The position numbers were made by a program, and so were the translations under genes. Under the pieces are notes generated by a model. The model worked only from the letters and a program-made list of their open reading frames with translations. It did no database searches and was not told where the DNA came from. This document shows, piece after piece, positions 36,463-45,870 of a stretch of 64,000 nt of DNA. This DNA comes from a virus (lineage: Duplodnaviria; Heunggongvirae; Uroviricota; Caudoviricetes). The stretch is from IMG/VR virus record IMGVR_UViG_3300033068_001655, one strand, 5' to 3'. Within the stretch, counting starts at the first letter, position 1; each line of letters begins with the position of its first letter.

Positions 36463-36493
36463 TAAAAAACCACTCAAATGAGTGGTTTTTTTA
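36463..36493. terminator. Bidirectional rho-independent terminator (accactc aaat gagtggt ttttttt)
   Basis: Between convergent genes; A-run before and T-run after the hairpin. Confidence 0.6.
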
Positions 36494-36494
36494 T

Positions 36495-37052
36495 TTAGTA
36501 GTTTTCTTTTACCCAGTCAACTAATTTTAATAGATTTTCTGTGTTATTTGGATATTTATCCAATAAAGATTCTAGGAATTTTAATCTTCCGTCTTTATAT
36601 AAATCACCATATGCTTTATATTCATTGAAAATTCCATTTTCCCATTCTAATAATTGTTCAAAATCTCTTTCGACAATATTCATATCGTAGTAATTAAAAG
36701 ATTCTGAAAGATTTGTAGTAGCTTGGTGAGTTTTAGTATCTAAAATCATTTTACTAATATCAATCATATCAGGATTATTTTTATCTAGACAACAGCTTTC
36801 AAAAAACTCTGCCGATTTTTCTTCATTATCTTGTTTCATAGGATCATAAACACAATCATGAAATAAAGCAGTAATCAATAACTTTTCATATTCTTTTTGA
36901 GAGTATTTTGATTTACTTTCATTGATTTGCTCGATTAAATCATTTAAGTGATTTAAAGTATGATAAGAACGATGTGATTCATTCCACATTGCTAGTAATG
37001 TATTAACATCACATTTTATATTCCATTTGTTTAATAGTTCTTGTAAGTCCAT
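36495..37052 (-). CDS. HD-domain phosphohydrolase-like protein
   Basis: H...HD motif (YHTLNHLNDL...ALFHDCVYDP). Confidence 0.45.
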   Translation of the reverse strand: MDLQELLNKWNIKCDVNTLLAMWNESHRSYHTLNHLNDLIEQINESKSKYSQKEYEKLLITALFHDCVYDPMKQDNEEKSAEFFESCCLDKNNPDMIDISKMILDTKTHQATTNLSESFNYYDMNIVERDFEQLLEWENGIFNEYKAYGDLYKDGRLKFLESLLDKYPNNTENLLKLVDWVKENY

Positions 37053-37056
37053 TTAT

Positions 37057-37461
37057 TTAATTATTTTTATAAAAATCGACTTTATATCGATTTGCAATTT
37101 CTTCTGCTTTATTTAAGAAAGGTTCAGTTACAAAAAATACCCATTTGAATCCAGGATAGTTTTTATTTATATCAATTACTGACATGAAACTACCAAATCT
37201 TTCTGTATCACCTACTTTTTCTTTTGTACCAATTAGTTCTCCATTTTTATCGACAAACTTTGGTATACTAGCAAAACCTTGTTTCCACATTAGATCATCC
37301 ATTTCTTTACGAATTTTATCTCTTGTTTGCCACCCAGTTTTTATGAAATCAACTACTACACTTGGGTAGATAATTTTTTCTTCACCTTTACTATTATTAA
37401 ATCTTATCGGTGCAACGATAAAATCATCATCTAAACTTTCATTAAATTTCTTTATACGCAT
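37057..37461 (-). CDS. Hypothetical protein (CTS-like N-terminus MRIKKFNESLDD)
   Basis: 134-aa ORF. Confidence 0.4.
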   Translation of the reverse strand: MRIKKFNESLDDDFIVAPIRFNNSKGEEKIIYPSVVVDFIKTGWQTRDKIRKEMDDLMWKQGFASIPKFVDKNGELIGTKEKVGDTERFGSFMSVIDINKNYPGFKWVFFVTEPFLNKAEEIANRYKVDFYKNN

Positions 37462-37676
37462 AAACTATATATTAAAAATCTTTTTTATACTTTCCTTTCT
37501 AAAGTGTTTTCTATGCCATTTTGACATAATTTCCATGTGTGTTTTCACATATGTACTTCCCATTCTTCTTGGTTTCCCGACTAAAAACATTTTTTATAAT
37601 TTTTTTTCTTTTTCTAGGTCGCATTGTTGAATTTATAGCGTTGTAGAAGTTTTCTAAAAGATCGTCACCTTTCATA

Positions 37677-37925
37677 TTATTTTTTTAAAATTTCATCAAT
37701 TTTTGCCTCTCGTTTTGCTGCTTTCTCTCTTAGTAAACGTTCAGCTTTCTCTTGTTCAGTTTCTTCACGTTTTGCAGACTTATCGGCTTTATAAGCCCAA
37801 AGATTATCTAATAGTTCATCAACATATCCATATTTATCTACTTTGGTATAGCTACCTAAATCGTAGTATTTATCATAACTACTTTTATAAGAGTTAAAGT
37901 CGTCAAAAATATATTTCTTTTTCAT
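37677..37925 (-). CDS. Hypothetical small protein
   Basis: 82-aa ORF whose stop abuts the Sir2 start. Confidence 0.35.
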   Translation of the reverse strand: MKKKYIFDDFNSYKSSYDKYYDLGSYTKVDKYGYVDELLDNLWAYKADKSAKREETEQEKAERLLREKAAKREAKIDEILKK

Positions 37926-37926
37926 A

Positions 37927-38670
37927 TTATTTATTTAGTTGGTTAAAAATTGTTTGCATTCCGTTTGTAGCAACATCTTCAATGTGATGAAAATACGGTA
38001 ATTTATAATCTGGTATATCATACATCAACATATCTATTTTAGAAGGTTCGATGTAATATACAGGAGTTTTAAAATCTGTTAAAAATGGAATTTCATTTGC
38101 AGGAGATACTTGTAATGATGTACCAACAATTATACAGAAGTCACATTCTTCTGCAGCTTTTACTGCAGTATTTACATCAGAACTATCTAATTCTTCACCA
38201 AACCATACAATGTGTGGTCGTAGTTGAGAACCAGTTTTCTGACATTTATCACCTATTTTTATTTCTCCGTATCCTATATCAATAATTGTATCTAATGGAC
38301 TTGTTTTATGTGTGTACATACAACCTCTTGCTTTAGTTAGTTCACCGTGTAAGTGAATAACATTGGTAGAACCTGCTCTTTCATGTAGGTCGTCAACATT
38401 CTGAGTAACTACTGTTACATCAAAATTTTCTTCTAGTTTGGCAATTAGTTCGTGTGCTAAGTTTGGCACAACATCTTTTAACTGTGCTCTTCTTTGATTA
38501 TAAAAATCTAAAACTAACTCTCGGTCTTTTCGCCATGCACCTGGTGTGGCGACATCTTCAATCCTATGGTTATTCCATAAGCTCTCGGTAGAATCTCTAA
38601 ATGTTTCGATTCCACTTTCTTTTGAAACTCCTGCTCCAGTAAATACTAATATTTTTTTTCTTTCATTCAT
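37927..38670 (-). CDS. Sir2-family NAD-dependent protein deacylase (CobB-like)
   Basis: FTGAGVSKESGIETFRD, QNVDDLHERAG, Cys zinc ribbon. Confidence 0.8.
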   Translation of the reverse strand: MNERKKILVFTGAGVSKESGIETFRDSTESLWNNHRIEDVATPGAWRKDRELVLDFYNQRRAQLKDVVPNLAHELIAKLEENFDVTVVTQNVDDLHERAGSTNVIHLHGELTKARGCMYTHKTSPLDTIIDIGYGEIKIGDKCQKTGSQLRPHIVWFGEELDSSDVNTAVKAAEECDFCIIVGTSLQVSPANEIPFLTDFKTPVYYIEPSKIDMLMYDIPDYKLPYFHHIEDVATNGMQTIFNQLNK

Positions 38671-38750
38671 ATTTAATTATATTAAAACAAGTAAAATTAG
38701 TTTAGATACTTATAAATTATTTATATATAGTTAAAAACTAAACCATCTTA

Positions 38751-41700
38751 ATGAGTTCAACAAATTTAGTGAAAAAAAATTTATTTACAAAACCATACCT
38801 ATTAACTTTAGATGAGATAAGTCAGATTGGACAGAATATGAATTTAGTAGGATATGATCCTCAATTAAATATAACTAGTGATGATACTAATATTGTATTA
38901 AAATATGGTGTTCCAAGTAGTCCAAAGATTTTAAATTGGGTTGAACCTTATAAGATTAGTGGTATTGACTATACTTTATTTTATACAGAGGTAAATTCAG
39001 GGTTAAGTATTGGTGATAGAGTTTTTATTATCAATGGTACTTATGATAGTAATTTATTGATACAAGCAGATAAATATAAAAAAGGTCATGATGGTTATAA
39101 AGTTCTTTTTATTGATAAGTGTAAAGTAGTTTTAGACATAGAATTTACTGGTTCCTTACCAAGTAATGAAACAACTGAAAATAATGATGACTTTGATGAC
39201 TTTATAAAAGTTTATTATTTAAAAGATGCAAATGATTTCTTACACGTAAATAGACAAATTACTACACGTGTTAGTGGTAATACAGTTGATTTTAAATTTA
39301 ACAACTATCAAAATAATATAGTATTTACAGATAGTAATTTTGGTCCAGTAAATGATACTTGGGGATTAAATTCTGGATTATCAGGTGCACCAGGTTTTTT
39401 TATTAAAGATGGAACTGCTGGTTGGATCGATATAAGTTCTGATTTTATGATCGGTTCTTATTCGATTGCAGCAACTAATTCAAATAATAAGATACTTATA
39501 CTAAATAATGGATTTACATATAATGGTGTTGATTTTAAAGAAAATTCAGTTTATGCGTGGGAATATGATCCTATAAAAGCAACATTTAGCTGGGTAGTTA
39601 ATGTTAAACATGAAAACAATAATGTTCCTATTCTTACTAAGTCTAATTTTAGAGACGGTACCTTTAATGGTACTTTTAATGGTGGCTTATATGGTTCAAA
39701 TGAGAAAAGAATTACGTGGGGTTCAACCACCTCTTTCTGGAATCACGGAACTTTATTAAATACTATCTGGGAAAAGGGTATAATGGAGTCAAGATATAGT
39801 CAAGTTGAAAGTTATATTGCGGAGTTTGACTCATATGGTATGCCTTATCAAAAGTCAACAAATCCTGATAATGATGGATATGGATATAATTTTGTTATAA
39901 ATTCTGAAATACGTAATGCTGTTATCAATAATGCAAATGTTAGTAATTCTACATTAGGTACATCATCAAATTTCTCAATTATTGAAGAGCATGTAAGAGG
40001 TAATTTAACAGATCAATTTATTCAAGATAATTTTAACACTACTCTTATCAATAAAGCTTATTTTGAAAGTTGTGGTATTAGTAATACTAATATAGAAAAT
40101 GCAATAATAAAAAACTCAAGAGTTAGTAACTCAAGATTATATAGTGTTAAGTCGATCAATACACATTATAAGTCATCTTTATTTAAAAACTCAAACTATA
40201 TAAGTGATAATATAATTAAAGTATTAGATTTTGATGAATTTGAATATACAACTGGTAATAGTACAACACATTTAGTTTATAAATTCTATATAAATAAAAG
40301 AAGTTATGAAAAGTTTAAATTTAAAGATAACTTCTACATTAAGGGTATTAAATTAAATACAACCAATATAGTATTTTCTGATACTGAACCGGTTGGAAAT
40401 ACTATATTAAACTTCTTTGATAAGAAATTTAAGTTAGGACCTTGGACGGAATATGTTGATAATTATGATGATAGCAGTAATACTTTTTATAAACGACCTA
40501 TAAGATTCAATTCCTTTGTATCAACCCCTAAAGAAAATCAATATGAATTTGATAGTAATGGTAATACTAATGTAACAGGTCAAGTTACTAATACTAAGGG
40601 TTATTCATTAGATATTTTTGTTGAATTGGATAGTACTAATATACCTAATTTAACAGACCAAACCATCAGTTATAAAGATATTATAGACTTTTCTAATGCT
40701 TATATTCAAAACTCAGATTTTGAAAGTGGTATTGTTGAAAATTCAAACTGGAATAGTGGTCATCACATCAATTATAGTTATTCCAATAACTTAGTTGGTA
40801 CTTCAAGTCAAAATGGTATCTATGATATAAGTTTAACACAGTCTTCACTGATTTTAAACTCAATTATATCAAATGAGGAAGTTGAGTCAGATTATTACAA
40901 AAATGGTGATATTATTTTCCTAAATGCGGTTGATTATGATTCCAGAGGTACGGTTGATGGAATTTCGATAAGTGTACCGGGTTCTGGATATGTTACATCT
41001 AACAATATATCAACTAACTATGGTGGCACTGGTTTTGGTTTACAAATTAGTATTAGTGCAAGTGTAGTAGGTGGTGTGTCATCACTAACTCATAATGGGG
41101 ATGGGGATGGATTTACTAATGATGGTATTTATAGTGTAACTGGTGGTTCTGGAACTGGTCTGACATTAAATATAACACACGATATTAGTGGTCTTATCGA
41201 TACTTACTCAATTAATAATCCAGGATCTGGATATTTAGTAAATGATATAATCAGTATTGTTGATGCAGGTTTTCCTGCTACATTTAATATAAATAGTATA
41301 ACAAATGGTGAAGTAATAAGTGCATCAGTGAGTACAAGTGGATTATTCTATGAGGTTGGTGATATTATCAATATAGGTACAGGTAATGCTAAAATTGTAA
41401 TTACTAGTGTAACTGGTTCTTTAACAAGATTACCAGATACTTATAGGATTTCGGATTTAAACACATTTACAATTGATGAAGTAGTGGCAACTGGATCAAC
41501 TAGTGTCTTAATAGATCTTTTACCAGTTGGTGTATTTAGTTCTTATGGTGCTAATAATAGATATGGATATTTACATAAAACAAAGTTCTACAAATCAAAA
41601 ATATTATCTGGATTATTCAGAAGAGCTTATTTAAAAGGTTCCTTAATTAAAAATGATACAATTGATATTAGTGATAAAGATTTTACTAATATTGCAAAAC

Positions 41701-44162
41701 TTAAAAATTTAATAATCGCAGATACAATATTTTCTAAAAATGATAATATTTTATCTAATGCTTTTTATATATTCTCATCATTTGTTGGGGGTACTGATAT
41801 ATGGGATAATGGTATTTTATTTAGATCTATTTGGAACGGAATGATATTTAATAATGGTTTAGTAAGAGAATCTACTTGGTTAGATGGTACTTTCGTAAAT
41901 GGTCTATTCTATCTTTCTACAAAACCACCTTTATATAATATATTAGGTACTGGTTTAAATTTAACAATTGATTTACCATATTACAATTCAAATAATATAT
42001 TATCATATTATAGAAGCGGTGATACTACAATTGGTAACAATGATAGATTATCTTGGCAAAATGGTACATTTATCAATGGTGAATTTTATCAAAGTAGATG
42101 GGAATCTGGAGATTTCAATGGTGGTAAATTTTACTATTCTGATTTCTATGATGGTGTAATTAATGGTGGTATAATTGGTGATAAAACACTTTCAACAACA
42201 GATACTATAGTTTATAATGGTACTATCAATTATACAACTGTTGAAAATGCACTTTTTGAAGCTAATTATACTGATTATAATAAATCCGTACAAACTAATA
42301 TAAATTGGTATGATGGTGTATTTAATGGAGGTAAGTTTAGTACTTTTGATAATAATACGGCAACTTGGTACGGTGGTGTATTTAACGGTGGTGAATTCGG
42401 AGATTTGAATATACTAAATAGTTTTGGTAAACCAAAATGGAAAAATGGTACATTTAATGGAGGTAAATTTACATCAATATATGGTGTTGCTTCGAGTACA
42501 TATTCAACTACATCAATATTAAATGATATTAGTAACTATGCTTGGGAAGATGGTGTATTCAACGGCGGTGAGTTTGGATTTGGTGATTTTATAAGTTCTA
42601 GTTCATGGGCTAACAACTCAAGTTGGTTTAATGGAACATTTAATGGAGGTAAGTTTAAAGGAAAAGTTTGGAATAATGGAATATTTACGTTCGGTGAATT
42701 TTCTGGTAGTGGAGTTTCGGCAATTGGAGGAACTGCTTCAGATATTACAAATTCAAATCCAAATAATTTTGTAAAATCATTTATTGATAATGGTAATCAA
42801 TATTATGGATTATGGAGAAATGGATTTGTAACAGATACTAAGAGTAAATACTTAGATGAGGAAATTTTTACAGAATTAAAAAGAAATGACTTTAGTAAAA
42901 ATCAACAATTTGCATTATTGAAAAATATTCTTTGGTTAAATGGTACATTTAGTCATCCTAGTGCAACTATTCAAAATTCAGTTTGGTTAGATGGAGAATT
43001 TGGAAATGGTAGATTTGAAACTAGTTCTTTTAATCCATATGCAATAAGAGCAACTGGTTCCAGTGCGACATTTAACTTTAGTGATACTTGTAAATGGAGT
43101 AATGGTATTTTTGATTCAGGTGAATTTTCTATATCAAATTGGGAGAATGGTAGATTTATTATGGGTACTTCAACTGGTATGATTTGGAAAAATGGTATCG
43201 TAAATTATATGAATGCTTATAATGTATTCTGGGAAGATGGACTATGGAGAAATGGAAACTGGCAAGGTTCTTTCTATAATATAAATTCAGATGGAACTGT
43301 TACGGATCCTTATGTTCAACAAGTTTTAGATAGAGGTATGTCTTGGAGTGGAACTTCTTCTTGTCACATTTGGAGTTTGTTTTATAAAGAAAGTTTAACA
43401 GAATTTAGTGTACCACCAGTAAATGAAATGGCAACAACTGTTACTCAACAATTAGATTCAAGTGAGCCACTACCACCACTACCACCTACTCAATTTGGAT
43501 TGGTAAATTCTAGTACAAGTCCTGTACTGCCTAATCCATCTAATAAACAGTTAGGTTCAATTACTTGGACTGTTGATGGTGGTTCTACTAGTAAAGTAGG
43601 TACGGATTCAACCATTAGTGTTACTTTCACGGGAATTGATCAATTCAATCAAGTTAAGTGGGGAGTGGGTGGCCAAGATATAATTTTAATCAGTGGAATA
43701 TCTGATATAAGAACATTTACTCTACAACCTGGTGAAAATTATTTTGTAGTTAAGGCGACAAACCCGGATAATAATCAGGTTACTTATACTAATACTTTAA
43801 TTTATACTAAAATAGTACCATCATATGTTATAAATGATCCAATTAATCAAACAATAACACCTACTTTTAACAATAAAACAGGAACAATTGTTGTAAATAC
43901 AGCACCTGTGACATTAACACTTACTGCAAACGCGGCCGGTTCAAGTAGTACATTTGGTCTTTGTACAACAAAAGGTATTGCAACAATAAGTCTTTTTGGT
44001 AATCCTATTAACGGAAGTCCATTTAATACATCACTTGCATTAAATACTGGTACATCAGTAAGAACCACAACTATAACATTGACATCAGCAGGTACTTATA
44101 ATGTTACTTTATCAGGTACATTTAATGGATCTTCAGGTCTTGGAACTGTTACACTAACATAA
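38751..44162 (+). CDS. Giant (1803 aa) fibre/adhesin-like protein with W-x-N-G-x-F-x-G-G-x-F solenoid repeats and C-terminal Ig/FN3-like region
   Basis: Dozens of ~20-aa repeats (WYDGVFNGGKF, WKNGTFNGGKF, WEDGVFNGGEFG...). Pro-rich linker (PLPPLPPTQ) precedes Ig-like C-terminal domains. TTATATATAGTT motif upstream. Confidence 0.6.
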   Translation: MSSTNLVKKNLFTKPYLLTLDEISQIGQNMNLVGYDPQLNITSDDTNIVLKYGVPSSPKILNWVEPYKISGIDYTLFYTEVNSGLSIGDRVFIINGTYDSNLLIQADKYKKGHDGYKVLFIDKCKVVLDIEFTGSLPSNETTENNDDFDDFIKVYYLKDANDFLHVNRQITTRVSGNTVDFKFNNYQNNIVFTDSNFGPVNDTWGLNSGLSGAPGFFIKDGTAGWIDISSDFMIGSYSIAATNSNNKILILNNGFTYNGVDFKENSVYAWEYDPIKATFSWVVNVKHENNNVPILTKSNFRDGTFNGTFNGGLYGSNEKRITWGSTTSFWNHGTLLNTIWEKGIMESRYSQVESYIAEFDSYGMPYQKSTNPDNDGYGYNFVINSEIRNAVINNANVSNSTLGTSSNFSIIEEHVRGNLTDQFIQDNFNTTLINKAYFESCGISNTNIENAIIKNSRVSNSRLYSVKSINTHYKSSLFKNSNYISDNIIKVLDFDEFEYTTGNSTTHLVYKFYINKRSYEKFKFKDNFYIKGIKLNTTNIVFSDTEPVGNTILNFFDKKFKLGPWTEYVDNYDDSSNTFYKRPIRFNSFVSTPKENQYEFDSNGNTNVTGQVTNTKGYSLDIFVELDSTNIPNLTDQTISYKDIIDFSNAYIQNSDFESGIVENSNWNSGHHINYSYSNNLVGTSSQNGIYDISLTQSSLILNSIISNEEVESDYYKNGDIIFLNAVDYDSRGTVDGISISVPGSGYVTSNNISTNYGGTGFGLQISISASVVGGVSSLTHNGDGDGFTNDGIYSVTGGSGTGLTLNITHDISGLIDTYSINNPGSGYLVNDIISIVDAGFPATFNINSITNGEVISASVSTSGLFYEVGDIINIGTGNAKIVITSVTGSLTRLPDTYRISDLNTFTIDEVVATGSTSVLIDLLPVGVFSSYGANNRYGYLHKTKFYKSKILSGLFRRAYLKGSLIKNDTIDISDKDFTNIAKLKNLIIADTIFSKNDNILSNAFYIFSSFVGGTDIWDNGILFRSIWNGMIFNNGLVRESTWLDGTFVNGLFYLSTKPPLYNILGTGLNLTIDLPYYNSNNILSYYRSGDTTIGNNDRLSWQNGTFINGEFYQSRWESGDFNGGKFYYSDFYDGVINGGIIGDKTLSTTDTIVYNGTINYTTVENALFEANYTDYNKSVQTNINWYDGVFNGGKFSTFDNNTATWYGGVFNGGEFGDLNILNSFGKPKWKNGTFNGGKFTSIYGVASSTYSTTSILNDISNYAWEDGVFNGGEFGFGDFISSSSWANNSSWFNGTFNGGKFKGKVWNNGIFTFGEFSGSGVSAIGGTASDITNSNPNNFVKSFIDNGNQYYGLWRNGFVTDTKSKYLDEEIFTELKRNDFSKNQQFALLKNILWLNGTFSHPSATIQNSVWLDGEFGNGRFETSSFNPYAIRATGSSATFNFSDTCKWSNGIFDSGEFSISNWENGRFIMGTSTGMIWKNGIVNYMNAYNVFWEDGLWRNGNWQGSFYNINSDGTVTDPYVQQVLDRGMSWSGTSSCHIWSLFYKESLTEFSVPPVNEMATTVTQQLDSSEPLPPLPPTQFGLVNSSTSPVLPNPSNKQLGSITWTVDGGSTSKVGTDSTISVTFTGIDQFNQVKWGVGGQDIILISGISDIRTFTLQPGENYFVVKATNPDNNQVTYTNTLIYTKIVPSYVINDPINQTITPTFNNKTGTIVVNTAPVTLTLTANAAGSSSTFGLCTTKGIATISLFGNPINGSPFNTSLALNTGTSVRTTTITLTSAGTYNVTLSGTFNGSSGLGTVTLT

Positions 44163-44177
44163 AAATAAAATATAAAA

Positions 44178-45842
44178 ATGGGTAAGAAAGCAACAATACA
44201 ATTTACAAGTATACCACAATCATCGGACTTTTTTGGAATAACTATGTCAGGTGCTAGTGCATCATTTGAACTAAGTGAGATTCCTTGGGATGGTAGTGTT
44301 CTTCAACCAGGTGCAACTAAAGAATATTCTGCAACTAGTCTATATAACTATATAAACTCAGTTTTACCTATTGGTACTGATATTACTACAACAATAAATA
44401 GTAATACGATTAACTTATTTAGTGAGAGTGCAACAAGTGTTAAGTTTTTTTCTGACCCTGCAATACTTATTACTAGTGGTATTTTGGATGGTTATTCAAA
44501 TGTGTCTTCACAATCCTGGTCTGCAAATTATAATGTTGGAAGTAATATCTTAAACTTAACCTGGAGTGGAGCATCAGATCCAGAAGAATCTATCAGAGGG
44601 TATCACCTATCATATAAAAAAGGAAATAGTAATTCTTGGATTTCTTTAGGTTTAATTGAGACAAGTGATGGTGGTGCAAGTTATGATTTTACTATACAAC
44701 AACAAGTAACTCATGTTTTTAGAGTAATCACAGTAGATACAACAAATTTAACTAGTGAACCTGCTTATTTTACTTATTCTATAACTCCAATATATCAAAT
44801 AACATCAACTTCTAATTTACAATCTCAGTCAGCTTGTTCATTAGGGATTCCAAATAATGTTATTTATTTAACAACTACAATACCTACCATAAATGAATAT
44901 GTTTATACTGATGCTGCGTGTACTATTGGTTTTAATGGTACTAGAACAACAATATTGGGTAGTCCTGGGCCACAACCTAGAAACTGGAAAATTGGAACTC
45001 CAACAAATGTATATTATAGTTGTACTATAAATTCTGTTGGTATGATCACTACTAATCCTATTTTATGTGAAGGTGGGCCTAACAGTGGACTCATATCTAA
45101 TAATGCATCCACTGAAACGGGTGCTTGTAATTATTTAGTTAATGTAAATAATACTATATATTGGACTGGTACTTTGGCAGTGGGTACTATTCTATACCGA
45201 ACTAATACAAATGGTACTTTAACTAACACTGTTGTATTAGGTTATTATCATATTCTATCAACAGATTCAAATGGTTTAGAATTAGAGTATATTATTAAAG
45301 TAAGTAGTACGGGTGTAATACTTACTATGAAGTTATATTCACAATTTTGTAATATTAGTGGTGGTGGTAGCACTGGCGGTGGCGGTGGTGGTTGTGTTGA
45401 TCCTTTTGTATCAATATTATTACCAAATGGTGTTACTAAATTTGCAGGGGAATTAAAATCAAATGATATTATTCTAACTATACATGAAAAAACTAAAGAA
45501 TTAGGTGAGTTTAAAATACTTAATGCAGAAAAAATTATTCAAGAAAAAGTAATTGTTAAATTTACTGATGATACTGAAATTAAAGTTTCTGACACACACA
45601 AGTTTTTAATGAGTGATGATACTTGGAAACAAATATTTATGTTAAAAGGTAATGAAACTATTAAAGGTCTTGAAGTGGATAAAACTATAAAAGAAATTAT
45701 AAAAATCGGTACTGGTGAAGTAGTTGTACTTGAAGTAGAAGATGCACATACTTATATTAGTGATGGTTTAATATCACATAATGTTAAATTGGCAATCTTC
45801 GAAGACAATTCATTTTCAAATTTTGATGGATTATTTCCATAA
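44178..45842 (+). CDS. FN3-containing protein with C-terminal Hint (Hedgehog/intein-like) autoprocessing domain
   Basis: FN3-like segment (GYHLSYKKGNSNSW...VFRVITVD), then poly-Gly GGGSTGGGGGG|CVDPF (Hint block A Cys), SDTHKFL (block B), EVVVLEVEDAHTYISDGLISHN (terminal HN), then a 19-aa tail. Confidence 0.7.
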   Translation: MGKKATIQFTSIPQSSDFFGITMSGASASFELSEIPWDGSVLQPGATKEYSATSLYNYINSVLPIGTDITTTINSNTINLFSESATSVKFFSDPAILITSGILDGYSNVSSQSWSANYNVGSNILNLTWSGASDPEESIRGYHLSYKKGNSNSWISLGLIETSDGGASYDFTIQQQVTHVFRVITVDTTNLTSEPAYFTYSITPIYQITSTSNLQSQSACSLGIPNNVIYLTTTIPTINEYVYTDAACTIGFNGTRTTILGSPGPQPRNWKIGTPTNVYYSCTINSVGMITTNPILCEGGPNSGLISNNASTETGACNYLVNVNNTIYWTGTLAVGTILYRTNTNGTLTNTVVLGYYHILSTDSNGLELEYIIKVSSTGVILTMKLYSQFCNISGGGSTGGGGGGCVDPFVSILLPNGVTKFAGELKSNDIILTIHEKTKELGEFKILNAEKIIQEKVIVKFTDDTEIKVSDTHKFLMSDDTWKQIFMLKGNETIKGLEVDKTIKEIIKIGTGEVVVLEVEDAHTYISDGLISHNVKLAIFEDNSFSNFDGLFP

Positions 45843-45870
45843 GTAGTATTGAAAAAGTAATATATAGTTT

